From NCBI GenBank assembly GCA_027314595.1, contig DAHVAN010000335.1, forward strand, positions 19,422 through 83,421: a DNA stretch of 64,000 bases, in the 5' to 3' direction. How positions within the stretch are numbered: position 1 is the first letter of the stretch; every line of letters starts with the position of its first letter. The notes under the pieces were generated by a model that worked only from the letters and a program-made list of their open reading frames with translations, did not search any database and was not told the origin of the DNA. The position numbers and the translations under genes are program-made. The DNA comes from Actinomycetota bacterium. GTDB lineage: Bacteria; Actinomycetota; Actinomycetes; Streptosporangiales; Streptosporangiaceae. This document shows, piece by piece, positions 63,406 to 64,000 of the stretch.

Positions 63406-64000
63406 ATGACCGTGCCGACTGAGGAGCAAGTCTTCAGCGGATGGGCCAACGGGCACCGCGCTCACGCCGCTCGCCAGGCAATCAACGCCTACTGGCAGGC
63501 GCAATTCCAGCCGGGAGAAGCTGCCGGGAGCGGCGGCACTGTACGCGATCCGGCCGAGGTTCATGATCGCCTCTGCCGCGTGACGTGTGCGCTCCGGCAT
63601 CTCGCTGACGGAATCGCTTCACCCTCGCGGTTGCCACAGCCAATGCCGACCACGTCCGCCAGGAAGGCCTGGAGAGCCCGGCCGCGATTGCGCGCCGGGC
63701 GGCAACGGCCGCACGGGCGCTCGATGTCTACGACCTCGAAGTCATGATGCCGCCGCTTCACGTCCCCGGCCGCCGTGACGACACTCTCGCCGACCTGCAC
63801 CGCAGGGCGGACATGCAAGAACTCAGCTTCGAGGCGGCCGTGAGCCGCCTCACGGCGGAGCTGCTCTGCGACCTGCACCACCACGCGGACCAGTGCGCTG
63901 CTGACTTCGAATCCGTGCTGGCTTCTAGCTACAGGGCCTATGCGGGGCAGCGTCTCAGCGCCGAAGGCCCGTTCAGGACCGGGCAGGACTCAAGCCTTCG
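63406..64000 (+). pseudogene. Frameshifted paralog of the 61516-62550 N-terminal domain (runs off the window)
   Basis: After 'ALRHLAD' (about 63609) the -1 frame stays open to the window end and gives 'LLCDLHHHADQ..DFESVLASSYRAY..QR..EGPF..G'. Confidence 0.6.

Larger units (their letters stand above)
29880..64000. mobile_element. Backbone of an actinobacterial conjugative element (ICE or plasmid); boundaries not visible
   Basis: oriT candidate, MobC, relaxase, primase, helicase, T4CP, VirB4/B6/B2-like genes, peptidoglycan hydrolase, AlpA-like protein. Confidence 0.88.

Noticed and set aside
1-64000. tRNA, rRNA, IS/DDE transposase, reverse transcriptase
   Set aside because: None recognised by eye; tRNAscan and Infernal were not run.

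Overview
High-GC actinobacterial DNA that looks entirely accessory. 1-15 kb and 28-29 kb hold XRE regulators (a DUF5753/DUF6879 module and two paralogous XRE-helical sensors) and nucleotide/sugar-phosphate enzymes (NUDIX, BtpA, SIS, methyltransferase, GMC oxidoreductase, NCS1 permease, HAD, EEP). 15285-27917 is a precisely bounded 12.6-kb element encoding three tyrosine-recombinase-fold proteins. It sits inside a HAD gene between two TGGCGG copies and carries an intact homolog of that HAD plus a CHAT-NTPase-TPR gene with a small membrane-protein partner. From about 29.9 kb to the window end is the backbone of a conjugative element: candidate oriT, MobC, relaxase, ArdC-primase, methylase-SF2 helicase, VirD4/VirB4/VirB6/VirB2-like genes, SLT-NlpC/P60 and AlpA. 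Main observation: eight proteins of this element, including the relaxase, primase and helicase, share an LAxxxFP-type motif 30-42 residues from a basic C-terminus, which the T4SS machinery lacks. This is a candidate conjugative translocation signal. Family assignments are by eye from motifs; no searches were run.
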